Notes: generated by a model not told the origin, from the letters alone. A DNA stretch of 64,000 nt from Almyronema epifaneia S1 (GCF_042788235.1 NZ_JBHZOL010000088.1:46837-110836), one strand, 5' to 3'; counted from the stretch's first letter, positions 8,841-18,961 are shown. Numbers and translations are program-made.

Positions 8841-9917
8841 ATGAAATATAGATGGGGTTTTGCAATGGTTGCCCTAGCGGCAACAGTAGCCGTGACTGCC
8901 TGCGGCGGTGATACGGCCTCAACGGATTCTGCTGCGGGCGATGAATCTAGCGCAGCGGGTTCTGAAGGCAGTATCTTGCAAACCGTTCTCGATCGCGGTC
9001 AGCTCGTTTGTGGAGTTGACGGGGGTATTCCTGGATTTAGCTTTGTCGATGAAAGTGGTGCCTATTCTGGACTGGATGTGGATGTTTGTCGGGCAGTTGC
9101 CGCCGCCCTCTTTGACGACCCAGAGGCGGTTGAGTATCGACGGCTAGATTCGACCGAGCGTTTCACCGCGCTAGCTGGTGGAGAAGTCGATATGCTGTCG
9201 CGCAACACCACCTGGACAATCAACCGCGATACCGCTGTTGGCCTTGAGTTTGCGCCTACGACCTTCTTTGATGGTCAGGGCATGATGGTGCGTACCGATA
9301 GTGGCATTGCTTCTTTAGAAGACTTTGCGGGTAGAGCCGTTTGTGTTGAAACAGGTACCACTACTGAACTGAACCTAACCGATCAAATGCGCCAGCTCGG
9401 CGTTGAGTTTGAGCCTGTCGTTTTCCAAGATGCTGATGCCGCTTATGCCGCTTATTCAGAAGGGCGATGCGAAGGCATGACCTCTGATAAGTCGCAGTTG
9501 GTCGCCCGTCGCAGCACCCTGCCTGAACCAGATGCCCATGAACTGCTCGATGTCACCATGTCGAAAGAGCCGCTAGGGCCAGTGACGGTCAACAACGACT
9601 CGGCCTGGTTTGATACCGTCAAATGGGTTACCTACGGTTTGTTCCAAGCTGAAGAGTTTGGCATCTCCTCTGAGAATATTGGCGAGTTTGCCAACAGCGA
9701 AGACCCCAATATTGCTCGCTTCTTGGGCGAAGAAGGCACGCTAGGTTCCGATATGGGTCTGCCCAATGACTTTATGGCTCGGGTGATTACCCACGTCGGC
9801 AACTATGGTGAAATTTATGAGCGCAACTTAGGCGAAGGTTCTCAGTTTGCCTTGCCTCGTGGTCAAAACGCACTCTGGACGGAAGGCGGTCTTTTATACT
9901 CTCCGCCTTTCCGCTAA
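8841..9917 (+). CDS. general L-amino-acid ABC transporter substrate-binding lipoprotein (AapJ/NatF-like)
   Basis: The ORF track starts at 8784, but the likely start is Met-20 at 8841, preceded by GAGG. It has a lipoprotein signal MKYRWGFAMVALAATVAVTAC and a type-3 periplasmic-binding-protein fold like AapJ/BztA. Confidence 0.8.
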   Translation: MKYRWGFAMVALAATVAVTACGGDTASTDSAAGDESSAAGSEGSILQTVLDRGQLVCGVDGGIPGFSFVDESGAYSGLDVDVCRAVAAALFDDPEAVEYRRLDSTERFTALAGGEVDMLSRNTTWTINRDTAVGLEFAPTTFFDGQGMMVRTDSGIASLEDFAGRAVCVETGTTTELNLTDQMRQLGVEFEPVVFQDADAAYAAYSEGRCEGMTSDKSQLVARRSTLPEPDAHELLDVTMSKEPLGPVTVNNDSAWFDTVKWVTYGLFQAEEFGISSENIGEFANSEDPNIARFLGEEGTLGSDMGLPNDFMARVITHVGNYGEIYERNLGEGSQFALPRGQNALWTEGGLLYSPPFR

Positions 9918-9949
9918 GCGGCGATCGCCCTTAAAACTTGTTTAATTTC

Positions 9950-9983
9950 AGTAGAGACACGAACCCTCGTGTCTCTTTTTGTC
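9950..9983 (+). terminator. rho-independent terminator after the substrate-binding-protein gene
   Basis: gtagAGAGACACGAacccTCGTGTCTCTttttgtc, a 10-bp perfect stem plus T-run. The same stem recurs at 28900. Confidence 0.7.
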
Positions 9984-10152
9984 TTTGTAAAGCATGTAAC
10001 AGATGCAACTTTTCCAAAATCCCCTTTTGCACTATGGTTCTATCAACTCTTGGCGCGACTGCCTGATCGATAGCTAGGCATAGCACTCATCAGTTATGGA
10101 ATCGATAGGGCAATTAAAAAATTAATGATATTGGCTTCATCAGGATTAGCAC

Positions 10153-11328
10153 ATGACCATTGAACCCAGTCGTAATGGCTTCAATCCAGCGGCTTTGCTG
10201 CGAGATGAACGTTTTTGGAAAATTGCTTTTCAAGTAATTGTGGTTGCCATTGTGGTGGGCATATTCACCTTCTTAATTGGCAACCTCAGCGGCAACTTAG
10301 AAAGACAAGGCATTGACTTTGGTTTTGGCTTTCTTTCCAATCAAGCCGGATTCAGCATTGGTGAAAGCGCTGTTCAATACAATCCCCAAGATGCTTATGG
10401 CAAAGCCCTTTTTGTTGGCTTGCTGAATACTTTAATTTTGGTGGTTGCTGGCATTATTTTGGCAACGCTGGTAGGAACTGCCGCTGGCATTGCCAGCTTT
10501 TCGACCAACTGGCTAGTCTACAAAATTAGCCGTGCCTATGTAGGCTTGGTGAGAAACATTCCCCTACTGCTGCAGTTGTTTTTTTGGTACTTCGCTGTTT
10601 ATGGCGGTTTGCCTTCTCCGGTCAACCAAATAGACGTGTTTGGTCTGGCTTACTTAAATAATCGCGGCGTTTATCTGTTTTGGCCTGCAAATGGCCCCCG
10701 CGCCTGGATAGGGCTAGCCGCGATCGCTGTAGGTGCGATCGCCGCGTTTTTTGTTTGGCGGTGGCGTACCCACGTCAGGGTCGAAAAAGGCGAACCCGGC
10801 AAAACCCAAAGCTATATTTTGTGGGCAATTCTGGCAGTCATGCTGGTTATTTTTCTGGGCTTGGGCTGGCAAATTCCAGAACCCGTAGAAGGCGGTGGCG
10901 TTACTGGGGCTAAGCGATTTTCGCGAGAATATGTGGCTTCGCTCTCGGCGTTGGTGTTTTACACGGGCGCATTTATTGCGGAAATCGTGCGGGCGGGGAT
11001 TCAGTCAGTCTCCAAAGGCCAGTGGGAAGCAGCGCGTTCAGTGGGGTTGGTAAACGGTCTGGTCATGCGATTGGTCGTCTTTCCCCAAGCCATGCGAGTC
11101 ATTATTCCACCGCTCAACAGCGAGTTTATGAACCTGGCTAAAAACTCTAGTCTGGCGTTTGCGGTTGCCTACCCTGAAATCTATGCCGTTGCCAACACCA
11201 CTTATAACCAAACGGGTCGTCCGGTTGAAGTGTTTCTGGTATTGATGGCAACCTACTTGGTAATTAATTTGATAATTTCGCTGGCGATGAACCAGCTCAA
11301 TCAGGCCGTTCAGTTTAAGGAGCGCTAA
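10153..11328 (+). CDS. amino-acid ABC transporter permease (AapQ/NatG-like)
   Basis: 391-aa polytopic membrane protein carrying the EAA-like loop of the binding-protein-dependent transport family. Confidence 0.8.
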   Translation: MTIEPSRNGFNPAALLRDERFWKIAFQVIVVAIVVGIFTFLIGNLSGNLERQGIDFGFGFLSNQAGFSIGESAVQYNPQDAYGKALFVGLLNTLILVVAGIILATLVGTAAGIASFSTNWLVYKISRAYVGLVRNIPLLLQLFFWYFAVYGGLPSPVNQIDVFGLAYLNNRGVYLFWPANGPRAWIGLAAIAVGAIAAFFVWRWRTHVRVEKGEPGKTQSYILWAILAVMLVIFLGLGWQIPEPVEGGGVTGAKRFSREYVASLSALVFYTGAFIAEIVRAGIQSVSKGQWEAARSVGLVNGLVMRLVVFPQAMRVIIPPLNSEFMNLAKNSSLAFAVAYPEIYAVANTTYNQTGRPVEVFLVLMATYLVINLIISLAMNQLNQAVQFKER

Positions 11329-11331
11329 TGG

Positions 11332-12612
11332 ATGACTAGCCTTAGTCCAAGTGATTCGGTTTCGCGTCCGCCCAGCGTCAATCAACCTGGCCCCGTCACC
11401 TGGATGCGTAAAAACCTTTTCAGCGACTGGTTTAACAGTTTGCTAACGGTGGTAGTGGTCTTAATTCTGGCCTACGCAGCCAAAGGTTTACTCACCTGGG
11501 CCTTTACGGTGGCTCAGTGGCAGGTCTTGCCCAATAACCTGGGGCTGTTTATGACCGGGCTATACCCCAGCGACCTCTACTGGCGAGTTTGGACGCTGTT
11601 AGGGTTTATCTGCGCTTTAGGTGGGTTGTCTTGGGGGGTTTTGGGTCGCAACGTCTCTACCCTCTTTAGCCGTTCTGTTTTGATTAGTTTAGGTCTTCTC
11701 TGTGCGGTCATTGTCCTTTTTCCGTTGACTCGGCCTGCTAGCGCTAAACTGTTGCCGCTGGTGGCGCTGGTGGCGGGGATGGCCTGGGTTGGACGGGCGA
11801 TCGCCCAGAAGTTTCCTAAACTGGGTCTTTGGATTTCGGCTATTTGGCTCATTAGCCTGCTGCCGCTCTATCCGCTTATCTTTAACCCCATTCCCTATGT
11901 ACCGCTAGTACCGGGTTCTATTTTGGGGGGATTGGGCTATTTGTTTTTTGGGGTAGCGCGTCCGGCTTCGCCCATTAATGACTGGGGCGGCTTGCTGCTA
12001 ACGCTGCTGGTGGCTGTTTCAGGTATCTTGCTGTGTTTTCCGCTAGGGTTGTTGCTAGCCCTAGGACGCCGCAGCCAGCTACCCGCAGTGAAGTGGCTGT
12101 CAACCGCCTATATTGAGCTAGTTAGAGGTGTGCCTTTAATTTCGATCCTGTTTATGGGGCAGGTGATGATTCCGCTGTTTTTGCCAGATGGCATGCGCCC
12201 AGAACGCATTGCCAGAGCGGTCATTGGTTTAACCTTGTTTAGCGCCGCTTACTTAGCTGAAAACGTACGGGCAGGCTTGCAAGCGATCGCACGCGGACAA
12301 AGCGAAGCGGCGGCATCGTTAGGCTTAAACAAGCCCTTGACCATGCTTTTTATTGTGCTACCGCAAGCCTTAAAAATTGCCATTCCGGCCATTGTTGGTC
12401 AGTTTATTAGCTTGTTTCAAGACACGACCTTGCTATCGATTGTTGGTTTGGCAGAACTGTTAGGGATTAGCCGTTCTATTCTGGCAAACCCGACTTATTT
12501 GGGGCGATACGCAGAGGTTTATCTGTTTATTGGGGCGATCTATTGGTTTTTCTGCTATGCCATGTCTTTAGGCAGCCGCAAAATTGAGGAAAAGCTCAAC
12601 ACCACTCACTAA
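11332..12612 (+). CDS. amino-acid ABC transporter permease (AapM/NatH-like)
   Basis: 426-aa membrane protein with a C-terminal His/Gln/Glu-type permease domain (EAA motif AENVRAGLQAI). It sits 4 nt after the previous permease. Confidence 0.8.
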   Translation: MTSLSPSDSVSRPPSVNQPGPVTWMRKNLFSDWFNSLLTVVVVLILAYAAKGLLTWAFTVAQWQVLPNNLGLFMTGLYPSDLYWRVWTLLGFICALGGLSWGVLGRNVSTLFSRSVLISLGLLCAVIVLFPLTRPASAKLLPLVALVAGMAWVGRAIAQKFPKLGLWISAIWLISLLPLYPLIFNPIPYVPLVPGSILGGLGYLFFGVARPASPINDWGGLLLTLLVAVSGILLCFPLGLLLALGRRSQLPAVKWLSTAYIELVRGVPLISILFMGQVMIPLFLPDGMRPERIARAVIGLTLFSAAYLAENVRAGLQAIARGQSEAAASLGLNKPLTMLFIVLPQALKIAIPAIVGQFISLFQDTTLLSIVGLAELLGISRSILANPTYLGRYAEVYLFIGAIYWFFCYAMSLGSRKIEEKLNTTH

Positions 12613-12813
12613 ATATCTCTACGTGTAACAGTTGACAGACGCTAGCCTTAATAACGCCTAAGTTAATGCCAGAATAGGGCTACAGCTTTGGGTTTGCCCG
12701 CTGGCTCCAGGCTAGCGTTCTAGCTGATTTAGCGGGTAGTTGACGGGAAAGCTAAGGTTGGGTTCTGTTATTTGAAAGCTTAATTAGCCAGAGACGGCTG
12801 TTTAGAAGGAAAG

Positions 12814-13599
12814 TTGATCATGACACAGTTTCAGACCGAAACAGATGCACGACCCTCGACAGGCGCTGAGCCTGTTATTGTGGCGCAGGATGTTGAGAAA
12901 TGGTATGACAATGGCTTTCATGTGCTCAAGGGGGTTAGCCTAACGGTCAATCGAGGTGAAGTCGTTGTGATCATGGGGCCTTCTGGCTCAGGCAAGTCTA
13001 CTTTTATCCGAACTTTCAACGCTCTAGAACCTTATCAAAAGGGTCGTATTGAAATTGACGGCATTTTGATTTCTCACGACTTGAAAGACATTGAAAAAGT
13101 TCGCAAAGAAGTGGGAATGGTGTTTCAGCAGTTCAACCTGTTTCCCCACCTCACGGTTTTGCAAAACGTTACGCTAGCGCCGATTTGGGTGCGTCGCTGG
13201 CCCAAACGCAAAGCCAATGAAGTGGCGATGCAATTGCTAGAGCGCGTCGGCATTGCCGAGCAAGCAAAGAAGTTTCCTGGACAGCTTTCTGGTGGACAGC
13301 AGCAGCGAGTTGCGATCGCGCGTTCTCTGGCGATGCAACCCAAAGCAATGTTGTTTGACGAGCCAACCTCCGCCCTTGACCCGGAGATGGTGCGTGAGGT
13401 GTTAGACGTTATGCGCGAGCTAGCGGGTGAAGGTATGACGATGGTTTGCGTTACCCACGAAGTTGGCTTTGCTCGTGAAGTGGCTGATCGAGTCGTGTTA
13501 ATGGCGGATGGCATGCTGGTTGAAGAAGGCACGCCGGATGCGTTCTTTAACAATCCGCAAGAAGAGCGCAGCAAGAAGTTCTTGTCACAAATTTTGTAG
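12814..13599 (+). CDS. amino-acid ABC transporter ATP-binding protein (AapP/BgtA-like)
   Basis: Walker [13 protein letters not shown] signature [13 protein letters not shown], Walker [12 protein letters not shown] and an H-loop. Met-3 at 12820 may be the true start. Confidence 0.85.
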   Translation: MIMTQFQTETDARPSTGAEPVIVAQDVEKWYDNGFHVLKGVSLTVNRGEVVVIMGPSGSGKSTFIRTFNALEPYQKGRIEIDGILISHDLKDIEKVRKEVGMVFQQFNLFPHLTVLQNVTLAPIWVRRWPKRKANEVAMQLLERVGIAEQAKKFPGQLSGGQQQRVAIARSLAMQPKAMLFDEPTSALDPEMVREVLDVMRELAGEGMTMVCVTHEVGFAREVADRVVLMADGMLVEEGTPDAFFNNPQEERSKKFLSQIL

Positions 13600-13622
13600 G
13601 GTGTTAGCTCAGCCGCCTTTGC

Positions 13623-14585
13623 TCAAGCAGAACCATTGGATTTGGGCACTGGCTGCAGGCGGGGGCGATCGCGACGAGATTGCTCTTTCCAGTATTGCAC
13701 CTTGACCTCGTATTCCCCTGCTTGGCTTGCTTGTTGCAAAATCTGTTCCTGTAAGAGCGTGACTTGAACTTCGGCTGCTTGAAGCTGCTGCTGATAATGG
13801 TCACGCTCAGCCGCGATCGCCTGACATTGATGCTTCATCTGCGTTTGGCTGTGCATTTGCTGGGCGAGTTCTGTTTGTAAAAGATCAATTCGCCGCTGCT
13901 TCAGCTTGAGTTCGTGAAATAGCTCAAACCGCACAGCATTCTCCTGAGCATTTTGGCTTTGAGTCAAAACCATGGCCGCGTTGTGAGCCTCGGCGTCGGT
14001 CGGCCTTAGGTCTTCATCTAGGGGGATGAGTGAGCCTGCTAGCTGGGCTAAAGCGGCTCGATAGTGGTTGAAGAGGGTTTCTAAAGCTTGGCTGTGCTGG
14101 TGTATGGCCTGAAGCTGAGTTCCCAAACTCACGGTGAGCATACGAGCAACGAAAATTTCTGACTCTAGCTCAATCCGGGGCTGCTGGGTCAACACTGTGG
14201 TAAAGCTGTCAGACTGGCAGTGTTTCTTTAGCCGCACCAGGTAGTTTTGAATTTCGGCTTCGCCTTGCTGGGTACGCAGCTTCAGGCGCTCTAGCTGCTC
14301 TAACTGTTCTGCCATCCACTGCTCAGCACGACTGACAAACGCTTGCAAAAGCTGCTCTTGCCACTGGTGTTTTTGCTGGAGCTGCGTTTGCAGATGGGTA
14401 ATCACTTGTTGCTGAGCATTGGCAAAATGCTCAGTCTCAATCAGTTGAGTTTCAACTAAATACTGAGCAGCGACTTTGGTTTGCAGCTCTTCTAGGGAGT
14501 CGAGCGCCTGATCAAGTGCCTGTTGCAGGTCGCAGATTCGCTGAACCAAACGAAAATCGAGAGATTTAGGCTGAGGCATAAGCAT
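13623..14585 (-). CDS. Gln/Leu-rich coiled-coil protein, function unknown
   Basis: 320 aa, almost entirely heptad-like Q/L/E-rich sequence with no recognisable catalytic motif. Confidence 0.5.
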   Translation of the reverse strand: MLMPQPKSLDFRLVQRICDLQQALDQALDSLEELQTKVAAQYLVETQLIETEHFANAQQQVITHLQTQLQQKHQWQEQLLQAFVSRAEQWMAEQLEQLERLKLRTQQGEAEIQNYLVRLKKHCQSDSFTTVLTQQPRIELESEIFVARMLTVSLGTQLQAIHQHSQALETLFNHYRAALAQLAGSLIPLDEDLRPTDAEAHNAAMVLTQSQNAQENAVRFELFHELKLKQRRIDLLQTELAQQMHSQTQMKHQCQAIAAERDHYQQQLQAAEVQVTLLQEQILQQASQAGEYEVKVQYWKEQSRRDRPRLQPVPKSNGSA

Positions 14586-14734
14586 TGAGCCACTGGCAGC
14601 ACCATCGGGCTGCCGTCAATCTAGCAAAAGCCTGATGGATTTGCCGTTTTGAAGACGACACTGCAAGCGTCTCTTATAAAACTTTACAGTTTGGCGACGC
14701 TCAGCCGCGATCGCTGCCTTGCTAGCGTTCTTGC

Positions 14735-15631
14735 TTAGGGCACCGTTCCTTCCGGTAACGTCATCACATAATCGGCGATCGCCCCTGGATAAGTCAGCCA
14801 AATATCTTCGCTGTAGAGTTTGGCGTGCTGCACAACATGCTTTAAGGCGCGTCGCAAATGCCGTAACCGAAAGGGTTGCCCGACGATGTAGGGGTGTAGC
14901 GAAATGCCATAAACCAAAGGCTGTTGCTGAGACTGCTCTTCCATTTCGTCAAAGCTGTCAATAATCATGTCGGCAAAATCAGCCGCGCTGGTTCGGCGGA
15001 CAGCGATCGCCGGAATATCATTGACCTCTTGCGGATACGGAATCGCCAGCAGACGCCCCTGACGAGCTTTGAACCAGATGGGCTGATCGTCGCAGCACCA
15101 GTCTAGGCAGTAAGTATAGCCCGCTTCTTGCAATAAATCGGGGGTTTGATGGCTCTGGGCAATCCAGGGGCCGAGCCAGCCTTTGGGGGGGGTGCCTTCG
15201 TAGTGCGTAATCGTTTTAGTGGTATCGGCAATGAGTTGGGCTTCGGCTGCGGCTGATAAGGTGCTTTGCCGCTCAGAGTTGGTGCGACCATGCGCCACAA
15301 TTTCATCGCCGCGATCGCGAAAAGCGGCAACCACCTCCGGGCAGTAATCATACAAAGTGGCATTCACCAGAGCCGCGACTGGCAAACCCAAATCTTCAAA
15401 CAAATCCAGCAGCCGCCAAACTCCCACGCGATTGCCATAATCACGCCACGCGTAGTTGAGGACATCGGGTTGGGGCCCACCGGGTGCTAATTGCGCTCCT
15501 AAGCCTTCACCAAAGGCAAAATGTTCTAAATTAAGGGCAATGTAAACAGCTAGCCGCCGATTTTGGGGCCAGCGATAATCAGCCCGCCGAATAATAGGGG
15601 AATAAGTATAGCGTCCGTGGCTAGGAAGCAT
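14735..15631 (-). CDS. polysaccharide deacetylase family protein (PuuE/allantoinase-like fold)
   Basis: 298 aa; blocks RLAVYIALNLEHF and HGRTNSERQ are typical of the divergent polysaccharide deacetylase family. Confidence 0.65.
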   Translation of the reverse strand: MLPSHGRYTYSPIIRRADYRWPQNRRLAVYIALNLEHFAFGEGLGAQLAPGGPQPDVLNYAWRDYGNRVGVWRLLDLFEDLGLPVAALVNATLYDYCPEVVAAFRDRGDEIVAHGRTNSERQSTLSAAAEAQLIADTTKTITHYEGTPPKGWLGPWIAQSHQTPDLLQEAGYTYCLDWCCDDQPIWFKARQGRLLAIPYPQEVNDIPAIAVRRTSAADFADMIIDSFDEMEEQSQQQPLVYGISLHPYIVGQPFRLRHLRRALKHVVQHAKLYSEDIWLTYPGAIADYVMTLPEGTVP

Positions 15632-15796
15632 GATAGAAAAGCACCTGAGTCTGAAATAATAGGGCTGAAAGAATAAGAATCAAAGACTTACCCAGCACCT
15701 TACCGACTGATGCTGCATCAGCCGTTAGTCGGATGGGTTTTAGTACAGCCTCGATGAAGCACCCTTCTCGTGTAAGTCCCTATCGTCCCAGTTGCC

Positions 15797-17701
15797 GTGT
15801 TTAAATTCAAGGTTAAGGATTCGGTAATGCAGGATTTTAAGACATTTCTGGCGAAAAGATGGCAGCGGTTGACGCTTTTTGGCATCAGTGCTGTCAGCGG
15901 TCTGAGTCTGGCAGCACTCACTGTTTTCTGGCTAGATCATCGAGCCTCTCAAGCAGACGAACCCTTGCAAGCGACTCAGCCGCTGAGTCCGCAAATTTCC
16001 GCAGCCTTGGTCAACGCTTTGCCAGTCACGTTGCTCAATGCTTTATCAGCAGAGGGTGAAACCACCGCGGCTGAGCTTTGTTTTCCGGTGGCTAATTTAG
16101 CCCAGGCAGCTAACCTAGCCGCACCGTTGCCATCAGGGGCGATCGCGGCTGGTGCCAGTATTGGTCAGGCCATTCGCCAAGTGAACCTGGAACTAGCCCC
16201 CCGTACGGTTCCCATTCCCTGGCCTCAGATTCATCAGCGGGCAAAGCTAGCTCAGGTTCCGGTGGTGATGTATCACGACATTCTGGCTGAAAAAGAAGTC
16301 TTTTTTGATGTCACGCCCGATGAGCTAGAGCAAGACTTTGAGCTGATTCGAGCCAACGGACTAACGCCTGTTAGCCTCGATCAACTCGTACATCACCTCA
16401 GAACCGGGACTCCCCTACCGGATAAACCTATTCTGCTGACTTTCGACGATGGTTATGCGGGTCACTATACCTATGTGTATCCGCTGCTGAAGCGCTATCG
16501 CTACCCAGCCACTTTTTCCGTCTTCACGGGCAAACTCGACGGCGATATTGCAGGCCGCTCTACCTTAACCTGGCAACAGGTGCAGCAAATGGCTGAAGAC
16601 CCGCTGATTACCTTTGCTGCTCATAGTGTGACCCATCCGCGCGATTTGCGGCCACTAACTGACGCTGCTTTGCAGCAAGAGGTGTTTGAGTCTAAGCGGC
16701 TGATTGAAGAAAAGCTTGGCCAACCCATTCGCTACTTTACCTACCCAGAAGGTAAGTATGACGAACGGGTAGCTCAGGTTGTGGCTGACGCGGGCTATTC
16801 GGCAGCGCTGACGATGGATGATGTGGACGAGCGCTTTGCGGGCGAGTCTGAAAGCTTATTGGCGATCGCCCGCTTTGGCCAGTCTCGCCTAGAAGCGGTG
16901 ATTCCCGATGCCTGGGGGGGGCCACCAGTGGCGATAGAACCTGGCAGCTTTGACTTTAATACAGACATTAATTTGCGCCGTTTTACGTTAGAAGATATTC
17001 CACTGTTTTTAGTGACCGGGGGTAAACCCACCACCATCCACGCCGACAGTCGCTATCAAGTGGCTGAGATCATTGCTGAAACCCCAGCGATCGCCGCTGT
17101 CGATGGTGCCTTCTTTTCGCTCAAATACCTCGACTCCAATACAATGATTGGCCCCATCTATAGCCAATCCACAGGCGAATTTGTTCCTGGCAACACGGGT
17201 GAAAATCCGCTATTAGCCGGACGCCCTCTGGTGCTGATTAGCCCTCAGTCGGTTAAATTTGTGCCGTTTGAACCCGACAAACACAATACGCTAGCGGGCA
17301 TTCAAGCAGAAGCCGCTGACGTCACAGATGCCTTTGTGGCCGCAGCTTGGCTGGTAAAAGATGGTCAGGCTCGCGAAGCTCACATGTTTGGCAATCTATT
17401 TGACTATGACGCTGAACGACACCGGGCTTTTTGGGGCATTGATCAGGCTGGTCGACCCGTCATTGGCGTCTCTAACGATCGGGTAGATTCAATGCAGCTC
17501 GGCTCTTTACTTAGCCAGCTAGGGCTGAGAGAGGCTGTCATGTTAGATTCTGGCGCTAGCACTTCTCTGGTCTATGGCGGAGAAGCGCTGATGCGCTATA
17601 CGCCGCGTCCGGTGCCTCATGTGGTGGCACTGATGCCACCTCAGCCAGACTGTCTGCCGCTAACGGCTGGCGAAACCTCGACGGTTGCTGCTGAAGACTA
17701 G
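15797..17701 (+). CDS. NodB-type polysaccharide deacetylase fused to a phosphodiester glycosidase (NAGPA/DUF2233-like) domain; N-terminal TM anchor
   Basis: Central NodB motifs (LTFDDGYAGHYTYVYPLL, HSVTHP). The C-terminal ~250 aa carries DGAFFS...MLDSGASTSLVYGG, characteristic of the uncovering-enzyme-like glycosidase family. A likely alternative start is Met-11 at 15827. Confidence 0.7.
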   Translation: MFKFKVKDSVMQDFKTFLAKRWQRLTLFGISAVSGLSLAALTVFWLDHRASQADEPLQATQPLSPQISAALVNALPVTLLNALSAEGETTAAELCFPVANLAQAANLAAPLPSGAIAAGASIGQAIRQVNLELAPRTVPIPWPQIHQRAKLAQVPVVMYHDILAEKEVFFDVTPDELEQDFELIRANGLTPVSLDQLVHHLRTGTPLPDKPILLTFDDGYAGHYTYVYPLLKRYRYPATFSVFTGKLDGDIAGRSTLTWQQVQQMAEDPLITFAAHSVTHPRDLRPLTDAALQQEVFESKRLIEEKLGQPIRYFTYPEGKYDERVAQVVADAGYSAALTMDDVDERFAGESESLLAIARFGQSRLEAVIPDAWGGPPVAIEPGSFDFNTDINLRRFTLEDIPLFLVTGGKPTTIHADSRYQVAEIIAETPAIAAVDGAFFSLKYLDSNTMIGPIYSQSTGEFVPGNTGENPLLAGRPLVLISPQSVKFVPFEPDKHNTLAGIQAEAADVTDAFVAAAWLVKDGQAREAHMFGNLFDYDAERHRAFWGIDQAGRPVIGVSNDRVDSMQLGSLLSQLGLREAVMLDSGASTSLVYGGEALMRYTPRPVPHVVALMPPQPDCLPLTAGETSTVAAED

Positions 17702-17770
17702 GGTAAAGCAGAGAGAAAGACGGTTAGACACGGGCAATGAAGCAGCTTCCGTAGCCACGGTTGTAGCTGT

Positions 17771-17853
17771 AGACACCCGTGTTGAAATACTTCAATGGCT
17801 GAAAGCCGCTGACCGAAAAGCTTTGCTTCTGCCCGCTGCCCTTAGCCTTCTGC
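17771..17853 (+). repeat. MITE-like dispersed repeat, copy 2
   Basis: agacacccgtgttgaaatacttcaatggctgaaagccgctgaccgaaaagctttgcttctgcccgctgcccttagccttctgc. Confidence 0.7.
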
Positions 17854-17892
17854 TTTTAGCAATATCACCGACTGGGTGCATTTTCTGGTAGA

Positions 17893-18825
17893 TTGCACGA
17901 TGAAAGGCTGGTGGGCGATGTTATGGCTTTCGACGCTTCCCCTCTTGATTTTGAGGTCGGTACTCTATGGGAAAAAATCAGGACACGCAGCCACCAGGCA
18001 CTCAGCAGTGGGGCTTTGCAGTCAATTCCCACTGACTATGAGCGAGTCGAACACCAGGGGATCGCTTTTGTGGTTCGCATTTTGGCCAACCTCGTCCGCA
18101 AAGAAAAGGCTAAAAAGCAACGCCCTCAAGACTTTAATCCCTTTCTGCCTTATGAAGAAGAACTCTTTGTTACCAATCTCTCTGCTACTCACTTGTGTCT
18201 GCTCAACAAGTTCAACGTAGTGGATCACCATATTCTAGTGGTGACGCGGGCGTTTGAACCGCAGGAAAACTGGCTTAACTGGCGAGATTTTCAAGCGCTG
18301 TGGGCCTGTATGGCCGAAATTGATGGCTTTGCTTTTTACAATGGTGGCCAAGCAGCGGGAGCTAGTCAGGCTCACAAGCATTTGCAAGTAGTGCCGCTAC
18401 CGCTGGTTGATGAGGCAGTTAGCCTACCGATTGAAACCGCGATCGCAGCCGCAGAGTTCCAAAATGGCATTGGTCGATCGCCGCTGTTACCCTTTAACCA
18501 CGCTATTGGGCAGCTTGATCCCACTTTGCTCCACCAACCCGATCGCATGGCTGAGTTTGCCTTAACGCTGTATCAGCAGCTTTTGAGCGCGACGGCTATT
18601 GCTTACCAAGGCGATCGCCAAACCGCTGCTTACAACTGGCTAGCAACCCGGCACTGGATGATGATTGTACCGCGATCGCAGGAAAGCTATCAGTCTATCC
18701 CAGTTAATGCTCTGGGCTATGCCGGATCGCTGCTGGTCAGAAACCAACAACAAATGCAGCAGCTTAAACAACTGGGTGCGGTTAACCTGCTGTGCAAAGT
18801 TGGCGTAGCTGATCAAGCCACCTGA
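17893..18825 (+). CDS. Ap4A phosphorylase II / ATP adenylyltransferase-like protein
   Basis: An HIT-like H-x-H-x-Q motif (QAHKHLQVVP) in a ~300-aa protein fits the APA2/DUF4922 family. A likely start is Met-11 at 17923. Confidence 0.55.
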   Translation: MHDERLVGDVMAFDASPLDFEVGTLWEKIRTRSHQALSSGALQSIPTDYERVEHQGIAFVVRILANLVRKEKAKKQRPQDFNPFLPYEEELFVTNLSATHLCLLNKFNVVDHHILVVTRAFEPQENWLNWRDFQALWACMAEIDGFAFYNGGQAAGASQAHKHLQVVPLPLVDEAVSLPIETAIAAAEFQNGIGRSPLLPFNHAIGQLDPTLLHQPDRMAEFALTLYQQLLSATAIAYQGDRQTAAYNWLATRHWMMIVPRSQESYQSIPVNALGYAGSLLVRNQQQMQQLKQLGAVNLLCKVGVADQAT

Positions 18826-18859
18826 GGAAATAGCGCCCGTTTGCCCCAGCGCTACCGCC

Positions 18860-18960
18860 GATAGCTATCGCCCCCCGCGTCAGAGACACTTCCATGGCTC
18901 AAAGCCGCAGCCAGAAAAGCTTTCTTTCTGCTCTCAGTCTTCAGCCTGCTGCCTCTGGCT
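18860..18960 (+). repeat. MITE-like dispersed repeat, copy 3
   Basis: gatagctatcgcc...agagacacttccatggctcaaagccgcagccagaaaagctttctttctgctctcagtcttcagcctgctgcc. Confidence 0.65.
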
Positions 18961-18961
18961 A

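Noticed and set aside
13125-13574. 149-aa and 65-aa minus-strand ORFs inside the ABC ATPase gene
   Set aside because: Antisense to a gene with complete Walker A/B and signature motifs.
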